Shown here: positions 26,755-36,942 of the stretch, in pieces
How positions within the stretch are numbered: position 1 is the first letter of the stretch
How the letters are laid out: the number at the start of each line of letters is the position of its first letter
Notes under the pieces: generated by a model
Seen by the model: only the letters and a program-made list of their open reading frames with translations
The model's database searches: none
Told to the model about the DNA's origin: nothing
Source of the DNA: Methanobacteriota archaeon
Lineage (GTDB): Archaea > Hydrothermarchaeota > Hydrothermarchaeia > Hydrothermarchaeales > BMS3B
DNA length: 49,150 nucleotides
Direction: 5' to 3'
NCBI GenBank assembly: GCA_003229935.1
Contig: QIGD01000002.1
Span: 1-49,150 of the forward strand
Translations under genes and position numbers: made by a program

Positions 26755-27024
26755 CTACTCATACTCCTCCTGTATTTCTCTCACGAGTTTATGAATATTC
26801 TTTCCCTTCTCAGTAAGATAGTAATAAACCGGCATATATTTCTCTATATGCACTTCCCTTCTAACCATTCATTTTTTTTCGAGAATCTTTAGATGTCTCG
26901 TTGTGGTTGATGGATTACCCAGAATATTTTCAATTTTTCCATACTTCCTCCTTTTTATAGCAATACAATCAAGTATCTTTATCATACCTTTCTTTCCCAG
27001 GATTTTGAATATTTCCTCATTCAC
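26755..27024 (-). pseudogene. Winged-helix regulator (about 89 codons, GTG start) with in-frame TGA at 26869-26871
   Basis: Own translation: (M)NEEIFKILGKKGMIKILDCIAIKRRKYGKIENILGNPSTTTRHLKILEKK*MVRREVHIEKYMPVYYYLTEKGKNIHKLVREIQEEYE. The stop falls between the recognition helix and the wing. Confidence 0.55.
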
Positions 27025-27182
27025 AGATTATTCAGGTTTATGGTTTGATATATATTAATTTCTATTGTTAGAAAGTAAACACTCAGAACTTTTTGATATA
27101 GGAAAAATCCCGATAAAACCAGATAAAAAAATATGTGTGGAAAATTTTATAATTAAGTGCAGAAAGTTATACATGTGATATC

Positions 27183-29105
27183 ATGGCAGAAAAGATAGAA
27201 TCTTTATTAAAAGAGGAGGGAGTTTATCATCCCAGTGATGATTTCAGGGAAAAAGCTTTGGTGAAGGATGAGAGTATATATTCGGAGGACTATGAGCAGT
27301 TCTGGAAAAGGGCGGCTGAAGAGGTTGACTGGTTTGAACCATATTCAGAGCTTCTGGATGATAGTGGAGCACCTTTCTTCAAGTGGTATATTGGTGGTAA
27401 GATAAATATTGCCTACAACTGCCTTGATAGACATGTTAATAGTTGGAGAAAGAATAAGGCAGCAATACTCTGGGAAGGTGAGAATGGAGATAGAGTTGTT
27501 TTAACATATTATCAACTTTACAGGGAAGTTAATAGGTTTGCGAATGCTCTCAAAGGGCTGGGCGTAAAGAAAGGGGATAGGGTGACAATCTATCTTGGAA
27601 TGGTACCTGAATTTCCAATTGCCATGTTAGCATGTGCAAAAATAGGAGCGGTACACAGTATTGTATTTGGAGGTTTCAGCGCTCTTGCTTTGAGAGAGAG
27701 GATTGAAGATTCTCAGTCAAAGATAGTGATAACTGCAGATGGTAGTTACAGGCGTGGGAAAGTTGTACCATTGAAGGAGAATGTGGATGAATCTCTTGAA
27801 GGTATAGATGGTGTTGAGAAGGTTGTAGTTGTAAAAAGGACTGGAAATGAAATAAATTTTGTCGATGGAAGGGATATCTGGTGGAATGACTTTATTGAAG
27901 GACAGAGTACAGAGCTTGAGGCTGAGCATCTTGATAGCGAACATCCTCTTTTTATACTTTATACCTCCGGCACAACAGGCAAGCCTAAGGGGGTTGTGCA
28001 TGTACACGGCGGTTACAATGTGGGCACCACCATAACAACAAAACTTATCTTTGATTTAAAAGATGAGGATGTCTACTGGTGCACGGCAGACATAGGCTGG
28101 GTTACTGGGCACAGTTATATTATATATGGGCCTCTGAGTCTTGGAGCTACGACTTTGATGTATGAGGGTGCTCCTGATTACCCCTCACCTGGGCGTTGGT
28201 GGGATATTATTGACCGGTATGGTGTGAATGTATTCTATACTGCTCCTACAGCTATAAGATACTTCATGCGCCTTGGAGATGAATATATAAAAAAACATAG
28301 CCTTTCCACTCTTCGCCTTTTAGGTACTGTGGGAGAACCAATAAATCCTGAGGCATGGCGCTGGTACTATAGAACTATTGGAAAAGAGAATTGTCCTATA
28401 GTTGATACCTGGTGGCAGACTGAGACAGGGATGATATTTATTACGACATTACCTGGGATACTCCCCATGAAGCCAGGTTCAGCCGGTAAGGCTTTTCCTG
28501 GAACGGAAGCAGATATTCTTAATGAGAATGGAGAGTCTGTGGGATTAAATGAGGGTGGCTATCTTGTGCTGAAGAAACCATCGCCTTCAATGCTCAGGAC
28601 AATATATGGTGACCCAGATAGATATGTGAATGTCTACTGGAGTAAATTCAAGGGTTGCTATCTTACTGGCGACGGAGCGAGAAAGGATGAGGATGGCTAC
28701 TTCTGGATCCTAGGTAGGATAGATGATGTTCTGAATGTCTCAGGCCATAGGATTGGAACTATGGAGCTTGAGAGTGCTTTAGTTGCCCATCCACTGGTGG
28801 CTGAGGCTGCTGCTGTTGGAAAACCCCATGAGATTAAAGGGCAGGCTATTGTGGCATTTATTGTAATGAAGGTTGGAGTTATACCCGGAGATGAACTTAG
28901 AGAAGAGATAAGGGAGTTTATGGTCAAAGAGATAGGTTCCATAGCAAAGCCTGATGAGATTCATTTTGTGGAGAAGCTTCCAAAAACAAGAAGCGGGAAG
29001 ATTATGAGGAGGGTGATAAGGGCCATAGCAGAGGGGAGAATTGATGTGGGTGATATCTCAACCCTAGAAGATGAGAGTGCTCTGGATGAAATCAGGAAGA
29101 AGTAG
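27183..29105 (+). CDS. acs: Acetyl-CoA synthetase (AMP-forming)
   Basis: 640 aa with [42 protein letters not shown] and [11 protein letters not shown] motifs. Confidence 0.95.
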   Translation: MAEKIESLLKEEGVYHPSDDFREKALVKDESIYSEDYEQFWKRAAEEVDWFEPYSELLDDSGAPFFKWYIGGKINIAYNCLDRHVNSWRKNKAAILWEGENGDRVVLTYYQLYREVNRFANALKGLGVKKGDRVTIYLGMVPEFPIAMLACAKIGAVHSIVFGGFSALALRERIEDSQSKIVITADGSYRRGKVVPLKENVDESLEGIDGVEKVVVVKRTGNEINFVDGRDIWWNDFIEGQSTELEAEHLDSEHPLFILYTSGTTGKPKGVVHVHGGYNVGTTITTKLIFDLKDEDVYWCTADIGWVTGHSYIIYGPLSLGATTLMYEGAPDYPSPGRWWDIIDRYGVNVFYTAPTAIRYFMRLGDEYIKKHSLSTLRLLGTVGEPINPEAWRWYYRTIGKENCPIVDTWWQTETGMIFITTLPGILPMKPGSAGKAFPGTEADILNENGESVGLNEGGYLVLKKPSPSMLRTIYGDPDRYVNVYWSKFKGCYLTGDGARKDEDGYFWILGRIDDVLNVSGHRIGTMELESALVAHPLVAEAAAVGKPHEIKGQAIVAFIVMKVGVIPGDELREEIREFMVKEIGSIAKPDEIHFVEKLPKTRSGKIMRRVIRAIAEGRIDVGDISTLEDESALDEIRKK

Positions 29106-29193
29106 CTATGGTATATTAAGGGGAATAAGAGTCTGGAGATACTTATTCTCCTGACTCTAATACTTCTACTTTTATGGAAAATATAGCAGAAGA

Positions 29194-29334
29194 CACACGA
29201 CTTTAGAGGCTGTCCGACAATTACTCTCAGTAATATTAAGACTGCTTATTTTAGATAATAAAGGCTAAATTTAGCTTATTTCTCACAGTATTTTTGATTA
29301 CGGGACAGCCTATTTAGTTGTGGGAGTATGTCAG
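29194..29334 (+). mobile_element. Copy D: end hairpin with the 105-bp MITE in its loop
   Basis: cacacga CTTTAG(29201-29206), aggctgtcc...ggacagcct (29207-29311), ATTTAG(29312-29317), ttgtggg agtatgtcag. Confidence 0.85.
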
Positions 29335-29482
29335 TTTCTTTGTCGAGTTTGCTGGCAGCTATTACATCATCTATTCTCAGAATCATTACTACAACTTTGC
29401 TTGTGCTGTCGATGGCCTGGGTTTTGACATTTGTGGGGGTTATAAACCCAACTTCAATCATATTTTCCAGCCTTTTTGTCAT
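29335..29482 (-). pseudogene. 3'-terminal remnant of a second thermosome gene
   Basis: [44 protein letters not shown] compared with residues [44 protein letters not shown] of 45214..46812. About 85% nt identity by eye. Truncated 5' and abutting MITE copy D. Confidence 0.8.
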
Positions 29483-29570
29483 AAACTGTATCTACATGAT
29501 AAAATAATTTAATAACTTAAGGTAATGATTCTACGGTATATTTTTATATGGTCTAATATATTATTTAATC

Positions 29571-30512
29571 ATGGTCTTGGTATCCTCTCCAGGTAAGGTG
29601 ATATTGTTTGGTGAACATGCTGTTGTTTATGGCTTTCCTGCTCTAGCCAGTGCTATTGACAGAAGGATTTATGTTAAGGCTGAAAAGAACAGTTTAGGGA
29701 AGATTGTTATAGCTTCGAAGGGGAAAAAAACTTCTTTTTCCTTTAAAAGTCTTAAAAGGAGAAGGGGCGAGTTCAGGTATATTCTCAGAGCCTTAAAAAT
29801 AGCCTTTGACACCCTTGGTATGAACTTTGGCGTTTCAATTGAAATAGATTCGAAGATACCCAGAGCTGCAGGATTGGGTTCAAGTGCTGCAATAAGTGTT
29901 GCTGTACTTAAGGCTGCTTATTATATAGCAGGAGAAGATATTAAAAAAGGTAAGCTTGCCGCTCTGGGGCATAGAGTTGAGCTGGAGGTACAAGGCTCAG
30001 CTTCTCCTACTGACACAGCAACGTCAGCCCTGGGTGGTGTGCTTTTCATACGTTCCGGAAAAGCTATAGAAAAGATTGAAATCAGGCAGGATATTTCATT
30101 GATTGTTGGATGTACTGGAATGAAACGGTCAACAAAAGAGCTTGTTGCAAAGGTTAAAACTTTTAAGGAAACATATCCAAATATAGCAGAGCCAATAATT
30201 GCAAGTATAGGAGAGATTACCATAGAGGCACGAACTGCTCTGGCAAATGGTGACTACCAGAAGCTTGGAAAGCTTATGCTGGTTAACAATGCGCTTCTCG
30301 ATGCACTGGGAGTAGGCAATATGGCTTTATCAAGGAGGGTGTATTCTGCCATAAAGGCAGGTGCAGCAGGTGCAAAGCTTACTGGAGCAGGTGGTGGAGG
30401 ATGTATGATTGCCCTTGCCAGAGAAAACAGAGAACTGGTATTGAAAGCTCTGGGCAAGAGAGCTTTTGTCACAAAAATTTCAAAAGAAGGAACGAGAGTT
30501 GAGCACTTATGA
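29571..30512 (+). CDS. mvk: Mevalonate kinase
   Basis: PGKVILFGEHAVVYG, GLGSSAA and KLTGAGGGGCMIAL GHMP kinase motifs. Confidence 0.9.
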   Translation: MVLVSSPGKVILFGEHAVVYGFPALASAIDRRIYVKAEKNSLGKIVIASKGKKTSFSFKSLKRRRGEFRYILRALKIAFDTLGMNFGVSIEIDSKIPRAAGLGSSAAISVAVLKAAYYIAGEDIKKGKLAALGHRVELEVQGSASPTDTATSALGGVLFIRSGKAIEKIEIRQDISLIVGCTGMKRSTKELVAKVKTFKETYPNIAEPIIASIGEITIEARTALANGDYQKLGKLMLVNNALLDALGVGNMALSRRVYSAIKAGAAGAKLTGAGGGGCMIALARENRELVLKALGKRAFVTKISKEGTRVEHL

Positions 30513-31300
30513 TTATTGTTAAGCTGGGTGGAAGTCTTCTGACTTCAAAAAATAATGAATTCTCTCTGAGAAGGGATGTTCTTCGTAGAGTTGCCAGAGA
30601 ATTAAAAGAAGGAATTGACGGAAGTGCTATAATAGTGCATGGTGGAGGTAGTTTCGGACATCCACTTGCAGAGAAGTATTCACTGCACGAAGGTTTTAAG
30701 AGTAGAAATCAGATTGAAGGTTTTGTTTTAACAAGGCTGGCAATGCAAAGTTTTAACAGCGAGGTTGTGGCTTCTCTTGTTGAGGTAGGTTTACCTGCTA
30801 TATCTCTTGCAACTTCTTCGATCTTTATAACCGAAAATAAGTATATAAATAGCTACTCAAGAAACATTGTTGAGGGTTTTCTCAGGCTCGGAACTTTTCC
30901 AGTTCTCTATGGTGATGTTGTTCTTGACAGAGCAATGGGCTTCTGTATTCTATCAGGAGACAGAATAATTTCAAAGCTTACCCAGGAATTTAAACCAGAT
31001 AGAATTATTCTTGCTACAGATGTTGACGGCATATTTACAGCGAGCCCGAAGTTAAGTAGCAATGCAGAGCTGATTGAAGAGATAAACCCTGAAAATTATA
31101 GAGAAATATTAAGCTTGCTGACTCCTGAGAAAGGAGATGTTACAGGAGGAATGCTGGGTAAACTGGAGGAACTGGTTTCTATGGCAAATCTGGGTTATGA
31201 ATCAATAATCGTAAATGCTCTTTCAGAGGGAAGACTTAAGAAAGTTTTATTAGGTGAGAAAGTAAAAGGCTCTGTTATTAGAGGAGGAAACTATTATTGA
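30509..31300 (+). CDS. ipk: Isopentenyl phosphate kinase
   Basis: IIVKLGGS...IVHGGGSFGH...ATDVDGIFT amino-acid-kinase fold. Position between mvk and idi2. Confidence 0.85.
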   Translation: MIIVKLGGSLLTSKNNEFSLRRDVLRRVARELKEGIDGSAIIVHGGGSFGHPLAEKYSLHEGFKSRNQIEGFVLTRLAMQSFNSEVVASLVEVGLPAISLATSSIFITENKYINSYSRNIVEGFLRLGTFPVLYGDVVLDRAMGFCILSGDRIISKLTQEFKPDRIILATDVDGIFTASPKLSSNAELIEEINPENYREILSLLTPEKGDVTGGMLGKLEELVSMANLGYESIIVNALSEGRLKKVLLGEKVKGSVIRGGNYY

Positions 31301-32355
31301 GTACAGAAAGCAGAAAGTTTGACCACATAAGAATATGTCTCAAAGAGAAAGTTGAGAGTGGTGTGAAATCCAGTTTTGAGGATATAAAGCTGGTTCACAG
31401 ATGTCTACCTCAGATTGACTTCAGAGATATTGAGCTTGAAGCTGACTTTCTTGGCAGAAAACTTTCCTCACCTATTGTTATTGCTGCTATGACAGGGGGT
31501 CATGAGAAAGCTTTAAAAATAAATGCAAATCTTGCAGAGGCTGCAGAGAATTTTGGCATTGCTATAGGTGTTGGTAGCCAGAGAGCTGCTATTGAGGATA
31601 AAAGTTTTGAGTATACATATAAAGTAGTGAGGGAGAAGGCTCCCAATGCTTTTGTGATTGCCAACCTTGGAGCTGTGCAGTTCTGTAGAGGTTATACAGT
31701 AAAGGAAGCTAAGCGAGCTGTTGATATGATTGAAGCTGATGCTATTGCTCTTCATCTCAACCCACTGCAGGAGGCTGTGCAGAAGGAGGGGGATTTAAAC
31801 TTTTCCTGCTGTCTTGAAACTATTGAAGAGTTATCCTCCGAGCTATCTGTGCCTTTGATTGTTAAGGAAACAGGAGCAGGGATTGCGATGGAAGAGGCAA
31901 TGCTTATTGAGAAGGCAGGGGCCTCTGCTATAGATATAGGGGGTCTTGGAGGAACAAGCTTTGCGGCAGTTGAAAGTTATAGAGTTAAAGATTCAAATAT
32001 TGCAAAAACTTTCTGGGACTGGGGCATTCCAACGGCAGTAAGTCTGATAGAGTGTGCATCTTCAGTTTCAATACCTCTTATTGCAACTGGTGGCCTCCGC
32101 TCCGGTATTGATGCTGCCAGAGCAATAGCCTCTGGTGCATCTCTGACTGGTTTTGCCCTTCCCCTTTTAAAACCAGCAGTAAGAAGCTATAAAGACGTGG
32201 TTATAAAAATCGAAGAAATTAGTAATGAACTTAAAATTGCAATGTTTCTGACGGGAAGCAGAAACATTTATGAGTTGAAAACAGCTGGTTTTGTGCTAAC
32301 TGGTGCCACAGGTGAGTGGCTTAATGAAAGAAAATTAAAATTAAAAAAGGTGTAA
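31297..32355 (+). CDS. fni: Type 2 isopentenyl-diphosphate isomerase
   Basis: FDHIRI...AMTGG...VGSQR...VKETGAG...GGLGGTSFA...ATGGLRSG motifs. Confidence 0.9.
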   Translation: MSTESRKFDHIRICLKEKVESGVKSSFEDIKLVHRCLPQIDFRDIELEADFLGRKLSSPIVIAAMTGGHEKALKINANLAEAAENFGIAIGVGSQRAAIEDKSFEYTYKVVREKAPNAFVIANLGAVQFCRGYTVKEAKRAVDMIEADAIALHLNPLQEAVQKEGDLNFSCCLETIEELSSELSVPLIVKETGAGIAMEEAMLIEKAGASAIDIGGLGGTSFAAVESYRVKDSNIAKTFWDWGIPTAVSLIECASSVSIPLIATGGLRSGIDAARAIASGASLTGFALPLLKPAVRSYKDVVIKIEEISNELKIAMFLTGSRNIYELKTAGFVLTGATGEWLNERKLKLKKV

Positions 32356-32358
32356 ATA

Positions 32359-33678
32359 ATGGAAATAATTGGTGTAGGCGGCTATGAAGAAGTAGGCCGT
32401 AATATGACCCTTTTTAGGTCAGGTGAAGATGCTATTATTATTGATATGGGTATACGTCTTGATAGGGTATTTATCCATGAAGATACGGATTTGAACAGAT
32501 TATCTCATAAGGAACTGGCAGAAAAGGGTATTATTCCTGATGACAGTGTAATAAAATCCTTTAAAAGTAAAATCAAGGCTATTGTATTGAGTCATGGTCA
32601 TCTTGACCATCTGGGAGCAGTTTCTATTATAGCAAAGAAATACCCTTCCGCTCCTATAATAGGTACTCCATATACTATCGAGCTGGTGAAAAAGGAGTTT
32701 AGAGGGAAGTGTCAAAATCCTATTTATACTCTTGTAGCAGGGGAAGTACTCCAGATTTCAAGAGATATGAGTATAGAATTTGTTAAGGTTACTCATAGTA
32801 TTCCTGATGTTGTTGCTCTGGTCGTGCATTCAAATGAAGGGAAATTCCTTTATATGAATGATTTCAAGCTTGATGATAATCCTATTCTGGGCGAACCTCC
32901 TGACTATGCAAGGCTTAAAGAGCTTGGTAAAGAGGGAGTAAAGTTGATGGTTATTGAAACCACAAGAGTTGCAAGGGAGGGAAGGACACCAAGTGAGAGT
33001 ATTGCAAGATATCTGCTTAAAGATACAATAAAGAAGAGCGATTCAGATGCAGGGCTTATTGTTACAACATTTTCGTCTCATATTGCAAGGATTCAGAGTG
33101 CAGTAGATTCAGCAAAGGAACAGGATAGAATACCTATACTTCTAGGTAGGAGTATGGAGAAATATGTGGGTATAGCTGAAAGAACCGGAATTATTTCATT
33201 GCCTGACAATGCGCGGATATATGGTGCTCAGAAATCAATAACGAAGGTTCTTAATAAAATTGCCAAGGGTGGAAGAGAAGAGTATATGCTGATTATTACA
33301 GGACATCAGGGAGAGCCGGATGCTTTACTATCAAAAATAGTCAAGCACAAGTATGACTTCAGAATTGATAAGGGTGACAATGTTGTCTTTTCTGCCGATA
33401 TAATCCCAAATCCCATAAATGTTGCTCAGAGATATACACTTGAAACAAAGCTGAATATGCAGGGAGCAAGAATTTTTAAGGGCGCTCATGTCAGCGGGCA
33501 TGCTGCCAGAGAAGACCACAGGGATATTATCAAGATGATAAAGCCCGAGAATATAGTACCAACTCATGGTACTCTGGAAATGCTGGCAATCTATGCGGAA
33601 CTGGCAGAGAGTGAGGGTTACATTCTGAACAAAAATCTATACCTTATAAGAAATGGTCAGAGGGTTGAAGTAAGGTGA
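32359..33678 (+). CDS. rnj: Archaeal RNase J (metallo-beta-lactamase / beta-CASP)
   Basis: LSHGHLDHLGA motif, a beta-CASP region and HVSGHAARED. 439 aa. Confidence 0.8.
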   Translation: MEIIGVGGYEEVGRNMTLFRSGEDAIIIDMGIRLDRVFIHEDTDLNRLSHKELAEKGIIPDDSVIKSFKSKIKAIVLSHGHLDHLGAVSIIAKKYPSAPIIGTPYTIELVKKEFRGKCQNPIYTLVAGEVLQISRDMSIEFVKVTHSIPDVVALVVHSNEGKFLYMNDFKLDDNPILGEPPDYARLKELGKEGVKLMVIETTRVAREGRTPSESIARYLLKDTIKKSDSDAGLIVTTFSSHIARIQSAVDSAKEQDRIPILLGRSMEKYVGIAERTGIISLPDNARIYGAQKSITKVLNKIAKGGREEYMLIITGHQGEPDALLSKIVKHKYDFRIDKGDNVVFSADIIPNPINVAQRYTLETKLNMQGARIFKGAHVSGHAAREDHRDIIKMIKPENIVPTHGTLEMLAIYAELAESEGYILNKNLYLIRNGQRVEVR

Positions 33679-33682
33679 AGGG

Positions 33683-35370
33683 ATGAGAGAACTTATTTTC
33701 AAGTATGCTCTGAAGAATGCTCTCGATTTTGGCAATGCAAATCCAAAGGCTGTTATCGGTAAGGTGATTGCTGAAAATCCTGATATGAGAAAGAAGGTTA
33801 AGGATTTATTTCCTGTTGTAGAGGAGGTCATTGAGGAAGTCAATTCTCTTAGCAGAGATGAGATAGAGGGATATATTAAGAGTTTCACCTTTGAAGAAAA
33901 GGAGAGAAAAAAAGAACAGAAGCTTCAGGAATTGAAATGTGCGGAGAAGGGCAAGGTGGTGATGCGTTTTGCGCCCAACCCTTCGGGACCTCTTCACATG
34001 GGTCATGCAAGGGCTGCTGTGCTCAACAGTGAATATGTAAAGTACTATGGGGGGAAGCTGATTCTCAGGTTTGAGGATACAGACCCTGCCAGGGTTATGC
34101 CTAAAGCTTATAATATGATAAGGGAGGATTTAAGGTGGCTTGGAATTGAATGGGATAAAGAGGTGGTTCAGTCTTCAAGATTAGAAATTTACTATAAATA
34201 TGCAAGGGAGCTTATAGAAAAAGGCTTAAGCTATGTATGTACATGCACCGCTGAAGAATTTCAAAAATTGAAGATAGGTAAGGTTGAGTGTCCACATAGA
34301 AACACCGCATCCAGGAAAAATCTTGAAAATTTCGAGAGGATGTTTTCAGATTTTAATGAGGGTGATGCTGTTTTAAGATTTAAGTCTGGAGTTGATTTAC
34401 CTGACCCTGCTATGAGGGAATTTCCTTTAATGAGAATAAGTGAAAAAAAGCATCAAAGCATCCTCTTGTTGAGGCGAGAGTTTATCCTCTTATGAATTTT
34501 TCAGTTACAGTGGATGATCACCTTCTGGGACTTACCCATGTGCTTAGGGGTAAGGATCATATTGTCAACACGAGAAAGCAGGAGTTTATCTACAATGCAT
34601 TTGGCTGGGAAATGCCGGAATTTATCCATTATGGCAAGCTGAAAATTGGAGGTCTTGCTTTGAGCACCTCGAAGATAAGCGAAGGTATAAGAGCAGGGCT
34701 TTACAGCGGATGGGAGGATGCAAAGCTTGGTACTCTGAGGGCCCTGAGGAAGAGAGGATTGCAGCCTGAAGCTATAGTAAAAACAATGCTTGATGTTGGA
34801 GTTAAACAGAGTGATATTAACTTTTCCTGGGAGAATCTCTATTCTTATAACAGGGCAATTATCGAACCGGATGCAAATAGATACTTTTTTGTAGCACAGC
34901 CTAAAATTCTTGAGGTTGAGAATGCGGAGAGTGTTGAAAATTATGCTCCGTATCACCCGGATTATCCTGAAAGGGGTAAGAGAAGGCTTGTTATAAATGC
35001 TGATAAAGCTGGTAAGGTAAGAGTGCTCATTTCTTCAAGGGATTTCTCAAATTTAAAGCAAGGAAATTTTATAAGATTGATGGGGGCTTTCAACATTGAA
35101 ATTCTTGAGGTTGGAGAGAAGGCCAGATGTATATTCAGGAGCTTTGAGCTCGGAGAAGCAAGAAAAAGAAAGGCAAGGCTTATTCACTGGTTGCCCGAGG
35201 AGGGTAATATTGAGGTTAAGGTTGTGAAACCTGAGGGTATCGATACCGGTTTTGCGGAGAGGCTTCTTGAGAAGGAAAAGACTGGCAGTATTGTGCAGTT
35301 TGAGCGCTATGGTTTCTGCAGGATTGATGATAAAAATTCTATTATTACTCTCTATTTCACCCATGAGTGA
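33683..35370 (+). CDS. gltX: Glutamyl-tRNA synthetase, read in two frames joined by a -1 shift at the A7 run 34443-34449
   Basis: [16 protein letters not shown] (HIGH) in ORF 33683..34495. The -1 frame opens at 34444 and reads [39 protein letters not shown], continuing through the rest of class I GluRS to the end of ORF 34492..35370. Confidence 0.85.
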
Positions 35371-35460
35371 GACGAAAGCAAAGATGATGAGGTTATGGGA
35401 GGTTGCAAAAGGTTTAATATAATCTGGGTTGTATGGGATTAGGCCGGTAATTTATATGAT

Positions 35461-35901
35461 GTGATGAGGGAGGGTGATGAAATGAGTGAAAAAGAGTTTA
35501 GGAATAGATTGGTTGAGGATTTGGAAGAAGAAGGTATATTCTCACTAAATTTAGGGCAGGGGACATTTGATATATACGTGTTTGATTGGAAAAAATTCAT
35601 AGAACTAAAAGAAATGGTTGATTTATCTAGAGCTCCAAAAACAACAGAAAACATAGGTATAAAATTTACAAAAAGGCAAACAGCCATCTTAAAAAAGTTA
35701 GAGAATGAAGAGTATTTTCCAATCGTGATTGTAGAAGATAGCGGCAATTATCAGATAATATCCTCAGAGAAATTAAAAATTCTAATAAATCATCCTGAAA
35801 GAAGGTCTAAAGATAAGATTATAATTTCAAAAGGTTACTTTGTGTCAAACCCTTTGTCTTATGAAGAAATGTGGAATAAGCTTTGTAATATGATGAGTTA
35901 G
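35461..35901 (+). CDS. PD-(D/E)xK nuclease-fold protein, Hjc-like (probable start at Met8, 35482)
   Basis: E11...GTFDIYVF...FIELK spacing (E, D, ExK) and downstream KFTKRQTAILKKLE resemble archaeal Holliday junction resolvase Hjc. Assignment is by pattern only. Confidence 0.4.
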   Translation: MMREGDEMSEKEFRNRLVEDLEEEGIFSLNLGQGTFDIYVFDWKKFIELKEMVDLSRAPKTTENIGIKFTKRQTAILKKLENEEYFPIVIVEDSGNYQIISSEKLKILINHPERRSKDKIIISKGYFVSNPLSYEEMWNKLCNMMS

Positions 35902-36144
35902 ATGGCATATAAAATAATTGCCAAGCCTAACTCTGGAGTGCTTTGCAAAATCGGAATACTCCAGTCCTATGAGATTAAACATACGGGAAAACTCCTCCTT
36001 GGACATTCCGAGAATTTCTGCAACCTTGGCAAGAGATACCTGCCTTGTAAAAAGCAATCCCAGAACAGTAAAGAATTTCTCTTTTTGTTTGTAGCTCTCT
36101 AATAGGAAAAACTTATTTATAGCACTCAATTCCATAGTTAACAC
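35845..36144 (-). CDS. UPF0175-like small HTH protein (putative antitoxin-type)
   Basis: SLAKVAEILGMSKEEFSRMFNLIGL matches the UPF0175 core. The 3' end overlaps the convergent nuclease gene by 57 nt. Confidence 0.45.
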   Translation of the reverse strand: MLTMELSAINKFFLLESYKQKEKFFTVLGLLFTRQVSLAKVAEILGMSKEEFSRMFNLIGLEYSDFAKHSRVRLGNYFICHLTHHITKLIPHFFIRQRV

Positions 36145-36292
36145 ATAAAAGGTTTAATCCAGTAACTACTTGTTTGCATGAAAACAACAAGTGCACCCCC
36201 TAAATTGAAAAATAATGTAGAAAATTCACAAAATTTAGGGTTTTCACACAGTCTGACTTTAGGCGATATCGTGTCTAAAAGGAGATAAAAAG

Positions 36293-36874
36293 ATGATGTG
36301 GATTTATGTAGTTTTAATTATTTTCATAGCTGGCTGGGTGATGCTGGGCATATATGTCTTTTCAGAGATAAAAAAGACCTACGATAGAGGGGGTGTATTT
36401 ACAAGCAAACTTCTGCTTATCTGGTATGTTATGTGGGGATTTCATCATCTAACATTGATTCTATCGTCTTTATATGGTTTGTGGTCAATACCGATTAACA
36501 GAACATTTGCTTTGGCAGGAGGTTTGATTCTCTTTGTGGTCGGGGTTGTTATACTGCCTGCCGGGATGATTGAGTTTCGTTCCCTGCGCAGGTCCACAGG
36601 ACAGGATATTTCAAAGCTTATAACTACAGGCATATATCAATGGAGTAGAAATCCGCAGTTTCTTGGCTGGTCTTTAATGCTTTTTGGAGTATCGCTTATA
36701 GGACGCTCAGGTCTTGCTTTGGCACTTACGGTGGTATTTGTTATAATACTTCATTTGTACACTGTCCGGTTGGAAGAGCCTTACCTTGAGCGCCTCTATG
36801 GAGATGAGTACTGTATGTATAAATCGAGAGCTGCAAGGTGGATTGGGATACCACAAGAAGATATCCAAAATTGA
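36293..36874 (+). CDS. Isoprenylcysteine carboxyl methyltransferase (ICMT/PEMT) family membrane protein
   Basis: GIYQWSRNPQFLGW......EEPYLERLYGDEYCMYKSRAARWIG. Confidence 0.75.
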   Translation: MMWIYVVLIIFIAGWVMLGIYVFSEIKKTYDRGGVFTSKLLLIWYVMWGFHHLTLILSSLYGLWSIPINRTFALAGGLILFVVGVVILPAGMIEFRSLRRSTGQDISKLITTGIYQWSRNPQFLGWSLMLFGVSLIGRSGLALALTVVFVIILHLYTVRLEEPYLERLYGDEYCMYKSRAARWIGIPQEDIQN

Positions 36875-36942
36875 TTGATGAATAGTTTAATAGCACAGTA
36901 CTGGAAGGTAGTTTTTTATATTTAATTCAACAATATGTTATT

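Noticed and set aside
26869-26871. In-frame TGA in the wHTH gene as selenocysteine or a reassigned codon.
   Set aside because: TGA terminates several well-supported genes in the window (spt4, the 49-aa ORF, the first gltX frame). There is no obvious downstream hairpin of SECIS type, and the position is not a redox-active site.
1-29334. Whether the recurring ~140-bp repeats are a CRISPR array or its remnants.
   Set aside because: The copies are kilobases apart, have no regular spacer periodicity, are internally palindromic with TIRs, and occur in both orientations. No cas genes are present.
36241-36275. tcacacagtctgactttaggcgatatcgtgtc as another relic of the hairpin family (shares cacac..gactttag and cgatatcgtg).
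   Set aside because: The matches are short and rearranged relative to the other copies and could be chance in AT-rich intergenic DNA.
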